From Candidatus Babelota bacterium (lineage in GTDB: Bacteria; Babelota; Babeliae; Babelales; Vermiphilaceae): a stretch of 64,000 bases of DNA. Positions 1-10,475 of the stretch are shown here, piece after piece; positions within the stretch are counted from its first letter, which is position 1; each line of letters opens with the position of its first letter. Under the pieces are notes generated by a model. The model had not been told where the DNA came from. It did no database searches and saw only the letters and a program-made list of their open reading frames with translations. Location: contig JBMOLF010000011.1 in NCBI GenBank assembly GCA_049325595.1, positions 1 through 64,000 on the forward strand. Direction: 5' to 3'. A program made the position numbers and the translations under genes.

Positions 1-107
1 GCGCTGAGAACTACTTTTGGGTCTTTTAGCGGTCTTCCTACCTTAGATTTTTTATTTGGGATAATATTTTTGATTTCATTCCATACATTATCTGATATCA
101 TAAGCAT
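1..107 (-). CDS. IS5-family transposase, N-terminal part (partial; not in ORF track)
   Basis: Translates MLMISDNVWNEIKNIIPNKKSKVGRPLKDPKVVLS, matching the IS5 N-terminal pattern SD..W..I...P.....GRP..D...V. AGGA RBS upstream. Confidence 0.8.
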   Translation of the reverse strand, partial: MLMISDNVWNEIKNIIPNKKSKVGRPLKDPKVVLS

Positions 108-198
108 CGGAGCGTTTCCTTTTTTTTTGTTGTTCACTGGCTATTTTAGCCAATAAATCAAGAAGGCGCTCCTATCTATTTAATTTTCGGATAAGCTC
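1..198 (-). mobile_element. IS5-family insertion sequence, left end (element continues off the window start)
   Basis: Minus strand reads TAA|GAGCTTATCCGAAAATTA (201-181), which resembles an IS5-type terminal inverted repeat after a 3-bp TAA target. A transposase start follows. Confidence 0.7.
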
Positions 199-275
199 TT
201 AGAAAGACACTCGAAATTAATAAAAAAATGCTTGAGACTCTTCAAGCACTTGAAAACAAATAAAGAAGATTTCCC

Positions 276-830
276 ATGAAAAAACTAATTTATTTACTAG
301 TAACTTTCGCACTCTCCATTAATGCTATTAGCCCAACTGAAAGTTGGGTAGACTATTACCTACGTCCTAATAAAATATATGTTGAAGAAGTGAATAAAAT
401 ACCAGACGTTAATACGTATGAGTGGCTTGTCTATATCCATAAACAATGTTCAGATATATCAACCAATAATGTTGTGCATGCAAATAATGCATTTTATCAA
501 GCAATTATTAATAAAAGCACCAAAACCACAATAAAAAAGCTAAATCAACAGATAAAGCGATGGTTGAAAATTTCTTTGGGGTTTTTACTGCCAGGGCTTG
601 GATATGCTGCTATCAAGAAAGGCCTAAAAGATGTTGCCCATGCTCAATTAATCAAAAACCAAGATGCCGAAGGAAAAGCGGTCGGTTATATTATTTTGGG
701 AACTATTTTGCTACCAAGTTTTATACTAAGCATTACGACTATTAAAGAATATTTTAACCTTAAAAAAACTTTAAAAATTAACAAAAAAATGCTCGCTTCG
801 TTACAAGCAGTGGAATCAACAAAAATATAA
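276..830 (+). CDS. Hypothetical membrane protein with signal peptide
   Basis: 184-aa ORF; MKKLIYLL signal; two hydrophobic segments. Confidence 0.7.
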   Translation: MKKLIYLLVTFALSINAISPTESWVDYYLRPNKIYVEEVNKIPDVNTYEWLVYIHKQCSDISTNNVVHANNAFYQAIINKSTKTTIKKLNQQIKRWLKISLGFLLPGLGYAAIKKGLKDVAHAQLIKNQDAEGKAVGYIILGTILLPSFILSITTIKEYFNLKKTLKINKKMLASLQAVESTKI

Positions 831-855
831 ATTATTTTAGCATCGTGGGATATTC

Positions 856-2166
856 ATGCATCTGCGCAAACAATTACTTATTTTTATTGTTTTACTATGT
901 TCATTTCGCTCTCTTATAAGCCACAACGATGGCGATTGTGACACTACGCCGCCTCCTACCGAACAACCAATACCAACACCAGTACCATATCGCATTGTTG
1001 ACGTAGACAAGAGCTTATGCCATCAACTGCTCATGCAAGCACCAAGCAGCGTCAAAAAAGTAATTTATAATCTAATTTATCCACCCAAAAATGTGCGGGC
1101 AATGCCCAAGAAATTGTTACTTGTAGGCCCCCCTGGTTGTGGAAAAAGCTCTATTGCTCAAACCATTGCCTATGCAACAGGTAGACACGCTGTATTGATG
1201 GAAGCACCGTTTATTGCCAATGAATATAAAAACTCTGGACCGCAAAATCTATTACGCTTGCTTAATGAAATAGTAAAAATAAAATTAAACTGTGTCATAA
1301 TTTTAGATGAAATCAACGTGCTTTTTAAATCAAACCAAGGTCATGTTAACCCTGATGCTGGTTTGCTTGAAGCGTTATGGTTATTTTTGGACGAATGCGC
1401 AAAACATACCAATATTTTTTTCGTAGCAACATGCAATGATTTAAAAAACATCCCCCCAGCTCTTAAAAGCAGATTTGAAGGAGAAATAGTTACTATTGAT
1501 GTGCCAAACTATGATGCGCGCCAGCTCATTATACACTATTTCCTATCGCAAACTGAGCACTCCCTGAGTCAACGTTACATAAATTGGCTTGTCAACAAAA
1601 CTAAGCGACTATCCATACGCGACATTGAGCATATGCTTATGCAGGCTACTCAAAACGCTAACTTTGCTCATGAAGACCATATCTTAACCGAAAAAGACAT
1701 TAACCAGGCACTAAAGGGAATTAAAACATGGAATCTGCGAGACTATTTCGAGAATCATAAATCCTTACTCGAAAAATTTGCCCTTCATGGTATACCAATT
1801 GCAATTTCTTTAGTGAGCTTACTCGTGTCACTCAATAGCAGCGGCAAGCAGTTGGCGTTTCAAGAAGAAGGATTGCTCTTGCAAAAAAGCAGCCAACTAT
1901 TTCAAGAAAAACTGGCAGAAGAGAATAAAAAACTTCAACAGCAGTCCGCACAACTGCAACGCAAGGGAATTGAGTTACAAGAAGAATCTATGAAAAAGCA
2001 AGAAGCGGCAACCAAAAGACAAGAAGAGAATACCCAAAAACAAATGCAGCTGCAAAAAGAAGCGCAGGAATTTCAGGAAAAAGTTGCCGCAGAAAATAAG
2101 GTTCTTCAAGAACTGGCGCTTCGCATACAAACACTTTCCGTTGAAAAACAATTTGGAGTCAGGTAA
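856..2166 (+). CDS. AAA+ ATPase with N-terminal signal-like peptide, a TM segment and a Q/E/K coiled-coil tail
   Basis: Walker A GPPGCGKS, Walker B IILDE, sensor/SRH ATCN...PALKSRF. Confidence 0.85.
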   Translation: MHLRKQLLIFIVLLCSFRSLISHNDGDCDTTPPPTEQPIPTPVPYRIVDVDKSLCHQLLMQAPSSVKKVIYNLIYPPKNVRAMPKKLLLVGPPGCGKSSIAQTIAYATGRHAVLMEAPFIANEYKNSGPQNLLRLLNEIVKIKLNCVIILDEINVLFKSNQGHVNPDAGLLEALWLFLDECAKHTNIFFVATCNDLKNIPPALKSRFEGEIVTIDVPNYDARQLIIHYFLSQTEHSLSQRYINWLVNKTKRLSIRDIEHMLMQATQNANFAHEDHILTEKDINQALKGIKTWNLRDYFENHKSLLEKFALHGIPIAISLVSLLVSLNSSGKQLAFQEEGLLLQKSSQLFQEKLAEENKKLQQQSAQLQRKGIELQEESMKKQEAATKRQEENTQKQMQLQKEAQEFQEKVAAENKVLQELALRIQTLSVEKQFGVR

Positions 2167-2245
2167 CAAAAAAGAAATATAAATTGGACTAAGTTAATAA
2201 GACATATTCCAAAAAACACAATTTAAAAACTAAACTCGCTTAATT

Positions 2246-2275
2246 AAAAAAAGCGCCTTGTTGTCGGGCGCTTTT
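2246..2275. terminator. Bidirectional intrinsic terminator
   Basis: AAAAGCGCC/GGCGCTTTT inverted repeat between convergent genes. Confidence 0.75.
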
Positions 2276-2277
2276 AA

Positions 2278-2592
2278 TTATAAAATCGTGCAAGATTGTT
2301 CTGCTATCAATCCATTACCCGCTACGAGCATTTCAGCACAATCACGATCATCTTCACAAAGAAGCTCATCGCGAATTTGCCCGGAAGCATACGCAGATGC
2401 AACGATATGACGATCAACCACTAACGATTGTTGTAGTTGCCGTGCAGCTTTGTGCGCTTGCTGTGTTTTAAGACGCTCAAACCATTGTGGATACAGTTCT
2501 TGTTTATCGGTTAACAAGTTATCCATTGCACTAAGCTGACTTGAAAATAACGAAATAAGAAATAATGCTAAAAAGAACATGTGAACCTCCAT
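2278..2592 (-). CDS. Small secreted hypothetical protein
   Basis: Hydrophobic signal followed by LSA-MD; true start probably the second Met (GGAGG upstream). Confidence 0.6.
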   Translation of the reverse strand: MEVHMFFLALFLISLFSSQLSAMDNLLTDKQELYPQWFERLKTQQAHKAARQLQQSLVVDRHIVASAYASGQIRDELLCEDDRDCAEMLVAGNGLIAEQSCTIL

Positions 2593-2723
2593 AAAACGCT
2601 TGCCTGTTAATCATAATTTACTACAAATAGCACAAAATGTAAAAAACAATGCCGTATCTATTGACTTTTATAGGCAAAGAGAATTAATATGCATAGTATA
2701 ATGCATTATTTATTAGGATTTTT

Positions 2724-3383
2724 ATGATCGATCTTCCCCTGATTGTACAATCATTACCTGCGTTATGGCGTGGTACCTTAGTTACCCTTCAAATTGCCGG
2801 ACTATCTGGTCTTATTGGTATGCTACTTGGTACTGTTCTTGGCATTGCACACACCAGCCAATTTAAGCCCTTGCGTTGGCTCATTACCGCCTATGTTACT
2901 ATTATTCGCGGTACTCCCATGCTTATTCAAATCACTATTGCCTTTTATGTGTTGCCACAATTAGGGTTAGGGCTTCCTGCTTTTTGGGCAGCAGTTTGCG
3001 CAATTGGTCTTAACAGCGCAGCGTATGTAAGCCAGATTATTAAAGCGGGCATTTTATCAATCAATAAAGGCCAGGTTGAAGCTGCTTACACTCTTGGGCT
3101 TTCTCGCATGCAAACTTTACAATATATTGTACTGCCACAAGCATTTAAAGTAGTAACGCCGGCACTCGGCAATGAATTTATCACCCTAGTAAAAGACTCG
3201 AGCTTAGCATCAGTTATTGGTGTGGTTGAGCTTACACGGGAAGGGTCGTTAATTAGAAGCCGCACGTTTGATTATTTTACCTTATATGCCGCTATAGCAT
3301 TAATTTATCTTATTATTACCACAACTCTTTCTATACTTGTTTCTATAGTTGAGCAAAGGATGAACCAACATGCTAAAAATTGA
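2724..3383 (+). CDS. Polar amino acid ABC transporter permease (HisM/GlnP family)
   Basis: RGTPMLIQ, EAA motif (GQVEAAYTLG), LVKDSSL. Confidence 0.92.
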   Translation: MIDLPLIVQSLPALWRGTLVTLQIAGLSGLIGMLLGTVLGIAHTSQFKPLRWLITAYVTIIRGTPMLIQITIAFYVLPQLGLGLPAFWAAVCAIGLNSAAYVSQIIKAGILSINKGQVEAAYTLGLSRMQTLQYIVLPQAFKVVTPALGNEFITLVKDSSLASVIGVVELTREGSLIRSRTFDYFTLYAAIALIYLIITTTLSILVSIVEQRMNQHAKN

Positions 3384-4092
3384 ACATCTTTTTAAATCTT
3401 ATGGCTCAAAAAAAATTCTTGATGATGTTTCATTGCATATTAATCAGGGCGAAATTGCCGTCTTATTAGGTTCTTCTGGCGTAGGCAAATCCACCTTATT
3501 ACGCGTATTAAACAATCTTGAACAACCAGATTCAGGAACTTTTAGCCTTGATGGTAAACCTTTTGACATTGCGCAAGCAAATAAAAATCATTTAGTAGGT
3601 TTTGTATTTCAAAACTTTAATCTGTTTGAAAATTTATCAGTAGAGCAAAACATCACCTTAGCGCTAGAAAAAGTGGGTAATAAAACTGCTGCTCAAGCTA
3701 AACAAATTGCACATGATTTATTAACTCATTATGGGTTAGCCGATAAAAAGAATGCATCGGTTGCTTCTCTTTCAGGCGGGCAAAAACAACGGCTTGCACT
3801 TGCGCGAACTTTAGCACTCAAACCTCACATTATTTGTCTTGATGAACCAACTTCAGCCTTAGATCCGCTACTTACCAGTCATGTTGCAAAATCAATTCAA
3901 GAGTTAGCACAACAAGGATATATAGTTTTAGTAGCAACCCATGACACCTCACTTATTGAACGGCTCCCAGCAACCATTTATTTGATGCATGAAGGCAAAA
4001 TAATTCAATCGGCAACTACCCAGCAATTGCAACAGAATCCCGAACACTATAGCGCCATTACACAGTTTATAAGTGGTAATTCTGCTACTTAA
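3370..4092 (+). CDS. Polar amino acid ABC transporter ATPase (GlnQ-like)
   Basis: GSSGVGKST, LSGGQKQR, DEPTSALDP; overlaps the permease gene. Confidence 0.92.
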   Translation: MLKIEHLFKSYGSKKILDDVSLHINQGEIAVLLGSSGVGKSTLLRVLNNLEQPDSGTFSLDGKPFDIAQANKNHLVGFVFQNFNLFENLSVEQNITLALEKVGNKTAAQAKQIAHDLLTHYGLADKKNASVASLSGGQKQRLALARTLALKPHIICLDEPTSALDPLLTSHVAKSIQELAQQGYIVLVATHDTSLIERLPATIYLMHEGKIIQSATTQQLQQNPEHYSAITQFISGNSAT

Positions 4093-5786
4093 GAAAAGAA
4101 TGTTTGATTTAAAAAAGCTTTAATTTTTTTATAACTTTGCACGAGTTTGGGTGGAATTTTTTGAGTTATTCGTACTGTAAATGGTATAGTAACTTTATTA
4201 AATTCTTTTAAGCGATCTTGGTAATAGGAAGGGAGTGAATAAAACAACTCAATTCTTTCTTTTTGATCAATAACAAGCGGTGCTTGCTCTTTCATTAGAT
4301 TATAAATAAAAAAAAGTTGTGCTGCAGATAATACTTCAAGGTAAGCAACTTCCTCATCATATTGTTTAAAATCGACAATATAATATTTTTTGTTCTCATC
4401 GTTGCTATATTCAATAAAAAATTTTTTTGAATCTGGATGATAATCATAAATTTTCATCTTGTCTGCCAAGCGAAGGGCATTACAATATTCATACTTATCA
4501 GGTCTTAAAATCACTGCTATTTGGCCATTTGAATTATTAATTAAGGCAAGTTCGTTTCTGTTCTGCGTTTTAGTCCATAATTTTTGCATGCTTCTTAAAT
4601 AATGCGACTCAGCGTTATTTACTTTTAATAATCCAATCTTTGATTTTTTTGTGTTGCCATTCCAGGTTACTATGCGATTCTCTTTGCAACCAACAGCATA
4701 AGGAATATTAAATTGATCAAACCCAACACACACAACTGGCTCAGAAAGAACACATAATTCTTTGATTAAAAAACCATTATAGCTATCCCATAATAAAACA
4801 CGCCCATTAGCTTCGCCGGTTATAAATTGATGAGGCATAGTCGAGCAAGAAATCGTGGTGAATTTAAATTCCTCATCTCTTCGTGTAAATTTTTGCTCCC
4901 ATAATACTGCACCATTTTTATTAATTTTGCTTAACATGTCGCGAGAGCCAACAAGAAGATTGTTATCCAATGTTGAGGCTATGATGGTAATTTCACTTGG
5001 TTGAGTACAGGTAGGTTTTACTCTGTCTATGGTATTCACATCAAGCAACCATACATGGCCTCTGCTTGTTCCTGCTGCTAATGTTTTATCGTCGATAAAT
5101 TTCATAACCGAAATATAGCCAAGCAGATGATGCACCCTAGGTAATTTCTTAAAATCATGAATTAAGATAGTGTCATTTTGAGCAAGTGCAAGATAAGTTC
5201 CTTTTGTACTCCATACAACATGTTTAAAATTATTGTTATATAGTGCAGGTATGCTCAGTTCTTTAGTAATTATACTATTTGACTGCGCAGTCGTAATGGC
5301 TATCTCTTTGTGTAACTCATGGCATAATGCTGCTGTCGCCGAGGCAGGCAACAAATGAGCCAACGTTAGTTGCTTTGTTCTCTTCCATTTATTCCAATTT
5401 TTTTTATTTTTTAATTGTCGCTCTATGAAATAGCTAGTTTCATACGGGGGCCGATTGATTCCAAAAAAATCGGCACTTAATGCTAGTTGAGCGCTCTGAT
5501 CACCTTGAGATAACGTATGCAATAAATTATTTTTATCATGGGTGGTAAGTTCACCAGTTTCAATTTTTTCTAAATAGGCAACATATTCTTTTAAAAGATT
5601 AAATTCTTGACTGGTAATTTGCGGCAATCGAATTGTTGCTTGGTTAAAAGCATGGGTTGCTTGCACCACAACAGAATGTTTTTTTAATAATTGAGCAGTT
5701 TTTGTACTTATCTGAACTGTTTTATTTTGCAGCTTCACATCCATTGTGTATGAGGGTAAAAAAAATAGCAATAGAAATAACCTCAC
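4089..5786 (-). CDS. Secreted WD40-like repeat protein with Skp1/BTB-like N-terminal domain
   Basis: Signal peptide; SVVVQ...IRLPQIT; LSADFFGI; WD-like repeats (GTSRGHVWLLDV, GEANGRVLLWDS). Confidence 0.7.
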   Translation of the reverse strand: MRLFLLLFFLPSYTMDVKLQNKTVQISTKTAQLLKKHSVVVQATHAFNQATIRLPQITSQEFNLLKEYVAYLEKIETGELTTHDKNNLLHTLSQGDQSAQLALSADFFGINRPPYETSYFIERQLKNKKNWNKWKRTKQLTLAHLLPASATAALCHELHKEIAITTAQSNSIITKELSIPALYNNNFKHVVWSTKGTYLALAQNDTILIHDFKKLPRVHHLLGYISVMKFIDDKTLAAGTSRGHVWLLDVNTIDRVKPTCTQPSEITIIASTLDNNLLVGSRDMLSKINKNGAVLWEQKFTRRDEEFKFTTISCSTMPHQFITGEANGRVLLWDSYNGFLIKELCVLSEPVVCVGFDQFNIPYAVGCKENRIVTWNGNTKKSKIGLLKVNNAESHYLRSMQKLWTKTQNRNELALINNSNGQIAVILRPDKYEYCNALRLADKMKIYDYHPDSKKFFIEYSNDENKKYYIVDFKQYDEEVAYLEVLSAAQLFFIYNLMKEQAPLVIDQKERIELFYSLPSYYQDRLKEFNKVTIPFTVRITQKIPPKLVQSYKKIKAFLNQTFFS

Positions 5787-5910
5787 GACAGCCCCCCCAA
5801 ATTTTAAATTGCTTTTGGTAATATAATATTAGATTAGGGCATCAACAGACAATGATGGAATAGTTTGAAGAAAAAGAGCTTTAACCCCATCAATTGATTG
5901 GGTGATTTTT

Positions 5911-6108
5911 TTATATAAAGTGGGTGAAATTATATAAATTATCGGTGCATTTATTCTTTTTTTTAGTAAATTGCGCAGTTCTAGCAGCATAAGATTTTGC
6001 ATCAATTGGCGATAAATCAGCATTGCTGAGTTTTAATAGTGCTTCTTGTGCAAATAATGTGCCGTTAATAATAATCAGTGCTACAAGAATATAGTTCATA
6101 CTACTCAT
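5911..6108 (-). CDS. Small secreted protein, possibly frameshifted (may continue to 5829)
   Basis: Signal peptide. Removing one A from the A8 run at 5957-5964 joins it to the 5829..6023 frame. Confidence 0.45.
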   Translation of the reverse strand: MSSMNYILVALIIINGTLFAQEALLKLSNADLSPIDAKSYAARTAQFTKKKNKCTDNLYNFTHFI

Positions 6109-6115
6109 ACTTTTG

Positions 6116-7807
6116 CTATTTCAGTTTTACTTTTTTATTTTTTACTAGAAGCTTTTGTGTTGTTTTTGGTAATGATTTAAAAAGATTATATAGTTGATGC
6201 TTTTTACTTAGTACCGTTTTTTGATCCTGATTATTTAAATGATTAACTAAAAAAAGATTATCTAATGATAGCTGCTTTATTTCATTCTGGGCTTGAAGTA
6301 AAGGATCTATAGTAAATAACCCAATTTTGTCACCATACAATTGGCTCAGTACGATATTTGCTTTTTTCCCAACCGAAATTACTTTACCACCGGTTCTTGT
6401 TTTCAATGGCATTCCATTTTGTGCGTCAATAATATTCATTATATCTTGTGAACCAGAACCAGCTACTAAAAGGGCATTGTCTTGAGTAAAACAGGCAGAA
6501 TCAGTTTGATTTATTTTGCTGTTATAAACAGACTGGCTATCATCCAGATTAATAATTATCGAATCAGTATCCGTTTCACAAAATAATTTTTTTAGATCGT
6601 CACTTGCTGCAATATGTAATAACCGTGAAATTCCAGACCACGTTTGGGAAAGACCTGGCTTATTAATAGGATATGTATTTACTTTCGAACTTCTTACGCT
6701 TGCAACTAATACATTATTACCGGCTTTGCTAAATTTAATAGCTGATATAGGGGTATTAAAATCACTAATTTCTTTTTTTAATTCCCCATTTTGCGTGTGC
6801 CATACGTAAGCTGCTCCCTTTTCACATCCACTTGCAAGTTGCGTACCATCAGGGCTAAAGACAAGGCTCGTAATAGGGTGTGCATGTGCCGTTGATAATG
6901 TATGGATACATTCTCCGTGATTATTCCAAATTTTTATACTGCCATTTTCTGCTCCTGTAGCAGAATAAATATTGTCAGGAGACGTAGCGACGACTGTTAT
7001 GGGTGCATCATGAGCTAAACGTTCGATAGTTGTTTTTGTTGTATGGTTATACCACAACACTTTACCCGTATCTGTTCCCAACACTACACTATCATCACGA
7101 CGCACTGCCATATCGGTAATAGTATCTGCAAAAGCTACCTTAACGTTACGTTTTCCGTTTTTGATTTTCCACCCTAAAAGATGATTTTGAGCAATACCAT
7201 AAACAGATTTTTCGTTCTCACTTAAAGCAGCTTTTTTAATAAAATAGTTTTTAGTATCAATCTGTTGTTCTTGTATGGAAATCGAACTATACAAACGCGG
7301 CAAATCAATATGCTTATACAATTCTTGCTTCAAATCTTCTTCGGTGCGCGGCTTCCATTGCTCAAATAGTTTCGGATTTTGCAAAAACTGTTGCCATGTT
7401 TCATCTTGAGTCAATTTATCAACTTCGGTTCGAGTTATTCCTGATTTATAGTCATCCATCATTAGATAATCAAACATATTGTGATAGGTAGCAAGCGTGC
7501 GCAAATCAGCTTTTTTTGATTTACCGCTCACGATATCTTTTACCTTACGAGGCTTACCTTTGGTTAACGTAACAAATGAATGTAAACGACTTACTTCATT
7601 TTTAGTCAAATTGGGCAAAGGTATTTGCTTATCTTCCTGAGTATCTGCCTCAATGGATTGTATAACTACCGAAGCGCGTCGCAATTCTTTTGCGCTGGGG
7701 GAATTAAAACATGATGTTGATTTGTCGGCAGCAGTAATATTCATTTCCTGTGCTTTAACTGATAATCCAGCTACTAGCAAACTTAGTAATAGTATTAAGT
7801 TATTCAT
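6116..7807 (-). CDS. Secreted WD40 repeat protein with Skp1/BTB-like N-terminal domain
   Basis: Clear WD repeats (AHDAPITVVATSPD...TGAENGSIKIWN; AHAHPITSLVFSPDG...VWH); SVVIQSI...IPLPNL. Start moved to MNNLILL. Confidence 0.8.
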   Translation of the reverse strand: MNNLILLLSLLVAGLSVKAQEMNITAADKSTSCFNSPSAKELRRASVVIQSIEADTQEDKQIPLPNLTKNEVSRLHSFVTLTKGKPRKVKDIVSGKSKKADLRTLATYHNMFDYLMMDDYKSGITRTEVDKLTQDETWQQFLQNPKLFEQWKPRTEEDLKQELYKHIDLPRLYSSISIQEQQIDTKNYFIKKAALSENEKSVYGIAQNHLLGWKIKNGKRNVKVAFADTITDMAVRRDDSVVLGTDTGKVLWYNHTTKTTIERLAHDAPITVVATSPDNIYSATGAENGSIKIWNNHGECIHTLSTAHAHPITSLVFSPDGTQLASGCEKGAAYVWHTQNGELKKEISDFNTPISAIKFSKAGNNVLVASVRSSKVNTYPINKPGLSQTWSGISRLLHIAASDDLKKLFCETDTDSIIINLDDSQSVYNSKINQTDSACFTQDNALLVAGSGSQDIMNIIDAQNGMPLKTRTGGKVISVGKKANIVLSQLYGDKIGLFTIDPLLQAQNEIKQLSLDNLFLVNHLNNQDQKTVLSKKHQLYNLFKSLPKTTQKLLVKNKKVKLK

Positions 7808-7913
7808 GAGAATAGCCCTTTTAAGTAAAATACTCACAATGAGCTATCAAAACTATCTCATTTAATTGACAGGTGAGAATATTACCTTACCGCGAAAATA
7901 ATTTTCTTGCAAA

Positions 7914-10475
7914 TCAGCCTTCTACAACTGGCACACCATCTTTGAGTTTAACCCACAATTGCTTCGCATCCTTTTTAAGCAAATATTGCGCAATAAGAAC
8001 CAATATTTGATGTTGAATAACGCGCTTTAAAGGGCGTGCACCAAACTCCGGCTCATAACCCTCTTGTGCAAGATATCGAATCACATCCGGCTCAATAGTA
8101 AGATCTATATTCCGCTCTTTCATGCGACGAGCAATCTCATCCAATTGAATGTGCGCAATTTGTTCAACATCTTCTTGAGTAAGTCGCTTAAAGAAGATAA
8201 TCGCATCAAGACGATTTAAAAATTCTGGCCTGAATGTACGATGAACTATTTTTTCTACTTCATCTTTAACTTTTTGATCAAGTTCTTTTGCCTGTAAAAT
8301 AATTTCTGCACCAATATTAGCGGTCATGATAATAATGCAATTTTTAAATGAGACTGTTCTGCCCTGGCTGTCGGTTAAATGGCCTTCATCGAGTATTTGC
8401 AGAAAAATATTAAATACATCTGGATGTGCTTTTTCAATCTCATCAAATAAAATGACGCTATACGGGTTGCGACGCACCGCTTCGGTAAGTTGACCACCTT
8501 CTTCGTAACCAACATATCCAGGAGGAGCACCAATCAAACGAGCAACGGCATGCTTTTCCATGTACTCAGACATATCAATGCGAATCATCTTACGCGGGTC
8601 GTTAAAAAGAAAATCTGCCAATGTTTTAGCAACTTCTGTTTTCCCAACTCCTGTTGGTCCTAAAAACAAAAATGATCCAATAGGGCGATTTGGCTCCGAC
8701 AACCCGGTTCTATGCATTTGAACGGCATACGCAATGCTATTTATTGCTTCATCTTGGCCAACCACTCGCTTATGCATTATGTCAGCCATAGTAAGCAATT
8801 TTTCTGATTCTTTGGTTTGTAATTTCTCTACCGGAATCTTTGTCCAACGCGATAACACCGCAGCAATATCATGCTCATCAACTTGTTGTTTAATAAGCTG
8901 TGTGTCTAATTTTTTTATTTTTTCTTGTTCTTTTTCAAGATCAGCTTGTAGCTTTGCTATCTTACCATACTTAATTTCAGATGCTTTTGCATAATCACCT
9001 TCACGCTCAGCCGCTTGAAATTTAAGATTAAGCAAATCAATCTCTTCTTTAATTTTATTGATTTTGGTTAATGGTTCTTTTTCAGCTTTCCATTGAGCAA
9101 GAAGCGTAGCATGCTGTTCTTTTATATTTGCTAATTCTTTATTAATGTCTTCTAAGCGCAGTTTTGCAGTTTTATCTTCTTTTTCCTTGCCAAGGGCCAC
9201 CTTTTCAATTTCAAGTTGGCGCATTCGGCGCTCTAAACGATCAAGCTCTTCTGGCTGGGAATCGATAGACATTTTTACCATCGAAGCTGCTTCATCAACC
9301 AAATCGATTGCCTTATCGGGTAAAAAACGATCAGGAATATATTTTGAAGATAATAATACCGCATCGACTAACGCTAAATCTTTAATGCGAATTCCATGAT
9401 GTAATTCATACCGCTCTTTAAGCCCACGCAAAATAGAAATTGCATCTTCAACAGTCGGTTCTTCAACTAATACTTTTTGAAAACGTCGCTCTAATGCAGC
9501 ATCTTTTTCAATATACTTTTTATATTCTTTTAGGGTCGTTGCGCCAATACAATGTAGCGTTCCCCGAGCAAGAGCAGGTTTTAACAAGTTAGATGCGTCC
9601 ATGCCACCACCCGATGACCCTGCACCCACAAGCATATGCAACTCATCAATAAAAAGAATAATATCGTCTTTACCTTCTTCGATTTCTTTTAATATGCCTT
9701 TAAGACGCTCTTCAAACTCACCTTGGTATTTTGCACCGGCAATTAAAAGACCAAGATCAAGGGCATAAATTTGTTTATGGCGCAAGCTGCCTGGCACATC
9801 ATTGTTAATAATTCGTTGCGCAATACCTTCAACAATAGCTGTTTTACCAACACCCGGTTCACCGATAAGTACCGGATTATTTTTGGTACGACGTGATAAA
9901 ATTTGTATAACCCGACGTATTTCTTCATGGCGCCCAATAACGGGGTCTAATTTACCCTCACGGGCAGCTTTAGTGATATTCGTGCAATATTTTTCTAAAA
10001 TTTGATATTGTTTTTCAGCATTTTGAGATTTCACGGTTTTGCCCTTTCTCAATTCTTGCATTACGTGAAGAATACGATCTTTGGTAAATTTACTACGCAA
10101 AAAGAGATCGCGTATTGCATCTGGTAATTGTTCTGTTTGGGACCATTGCAGCATAAAATGTTCAAGACTAATATAATCATCGCCCAAAGCTTGAGCTTCT
10201 TTTTGACAGCCGGCAATAAATTGTTCAAATGCATAATCAGCCGACAGACGGCCACCTTCAACTTGAGGCAACTTTTTTAATTCTCGCTCAACCTCATGCT
10301 GCAATTGAGCAATAGGAACTTCAAGTCGATTAAACAATGAAACACAAAATTCATCGGTAGCACCGGCCGCTAATAAATGCAGCGGTAACAAAGTAGGATT
10401 TTTGTGTTCAGTTGCAAGTTGAATGGCTTTATTAATAAGCTCTTGGCTTGCGGTAGTGAATTGCTCGAGTTTCAT
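7914..10475 (-). CDS. clpB: ATP-dependent chaperone ClpB
   Basis: Two AAA modules ([16 protein letters not shown]), middle coiled coil, [13 protein letters not shown]. Confidence 0.97.
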   Translation of the reverse strand: MKLEQFTTASQELINKAIQLATEHKNPTLLPLHLLAAGATDEFCVSLFNRLEVPIAQLQHEVERELKKLPQVEGGRLSADYAFEQFIAGCQKEAQALGDDYISLEHFMLQWSQTEQLPDAIRDLFLRSKFTKDRILHVMQELRKGKTVKSQNAEKQYQILEKYCTNITKAAREGKLDPVIGRHEEIRRVIQILSRRTKNNPVLIGEPGVGKTAIVEGIAQRIINNDVPGSLRHKQIYALDLGLLIAGAKYQGEFEERLKGILKEIEEGKDDIILFIDELHMLVGAGSSGGGMDASNLLKPALARGTLHCIGATTLKEYKKYIEKDAALERRFQKVLVEEPTVEDAISILRGLKERYELHHGIRIKDLALVDAVLLSSKYIPDRFLPDKAIDLVDEAASMVKMSIDSQPEELDRLERRMRQLEIEKVALGKEKEDKTAKLRLEDINKELANIKEQHATLLAQWKAEKEPLTKINKIKEEIDLLNLKFQAAEREGDYAKASEIKYGKIAKLQADLEKEQEKIKKLDTQLIKQQVDEHDIAAVLSRWTKIPVEKLQTKESEKLLTMADIMHKRVVGQDEAINSIAYAVQMHRTGLSEPNRPIGSFLFLGPTGVGKTEVAKTLADFLFNDPRKMIRIDMSEYMEKHAVARLIGAPPGYVGYEEGGQLTEAVRRNPYSVILFDEIEKAHPDVFNIFLQILDEGHLTDSQGRTVSFKNCIIIMTANIGAEIILQAKELDQKVKDEVEKIVHRTFRPEFLNRLDAIIFFKRLTQEDVEQIAHIQLDEIARRMKERNIDLTIEPDVIRYLAQEGYEPEFGARPLKRVIQHQILVLIAQYLLKKDAKQLWVKLKDGVPVVEG

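Noticed and set aside
8734..10261. Several short ORFs overlapping clpB (and similar ones over typA, the mutS-like gene, ftsY and the photolyases)
   Set aside because: Antisense or alternate-frame shadows of well-supported genes; no motifs.
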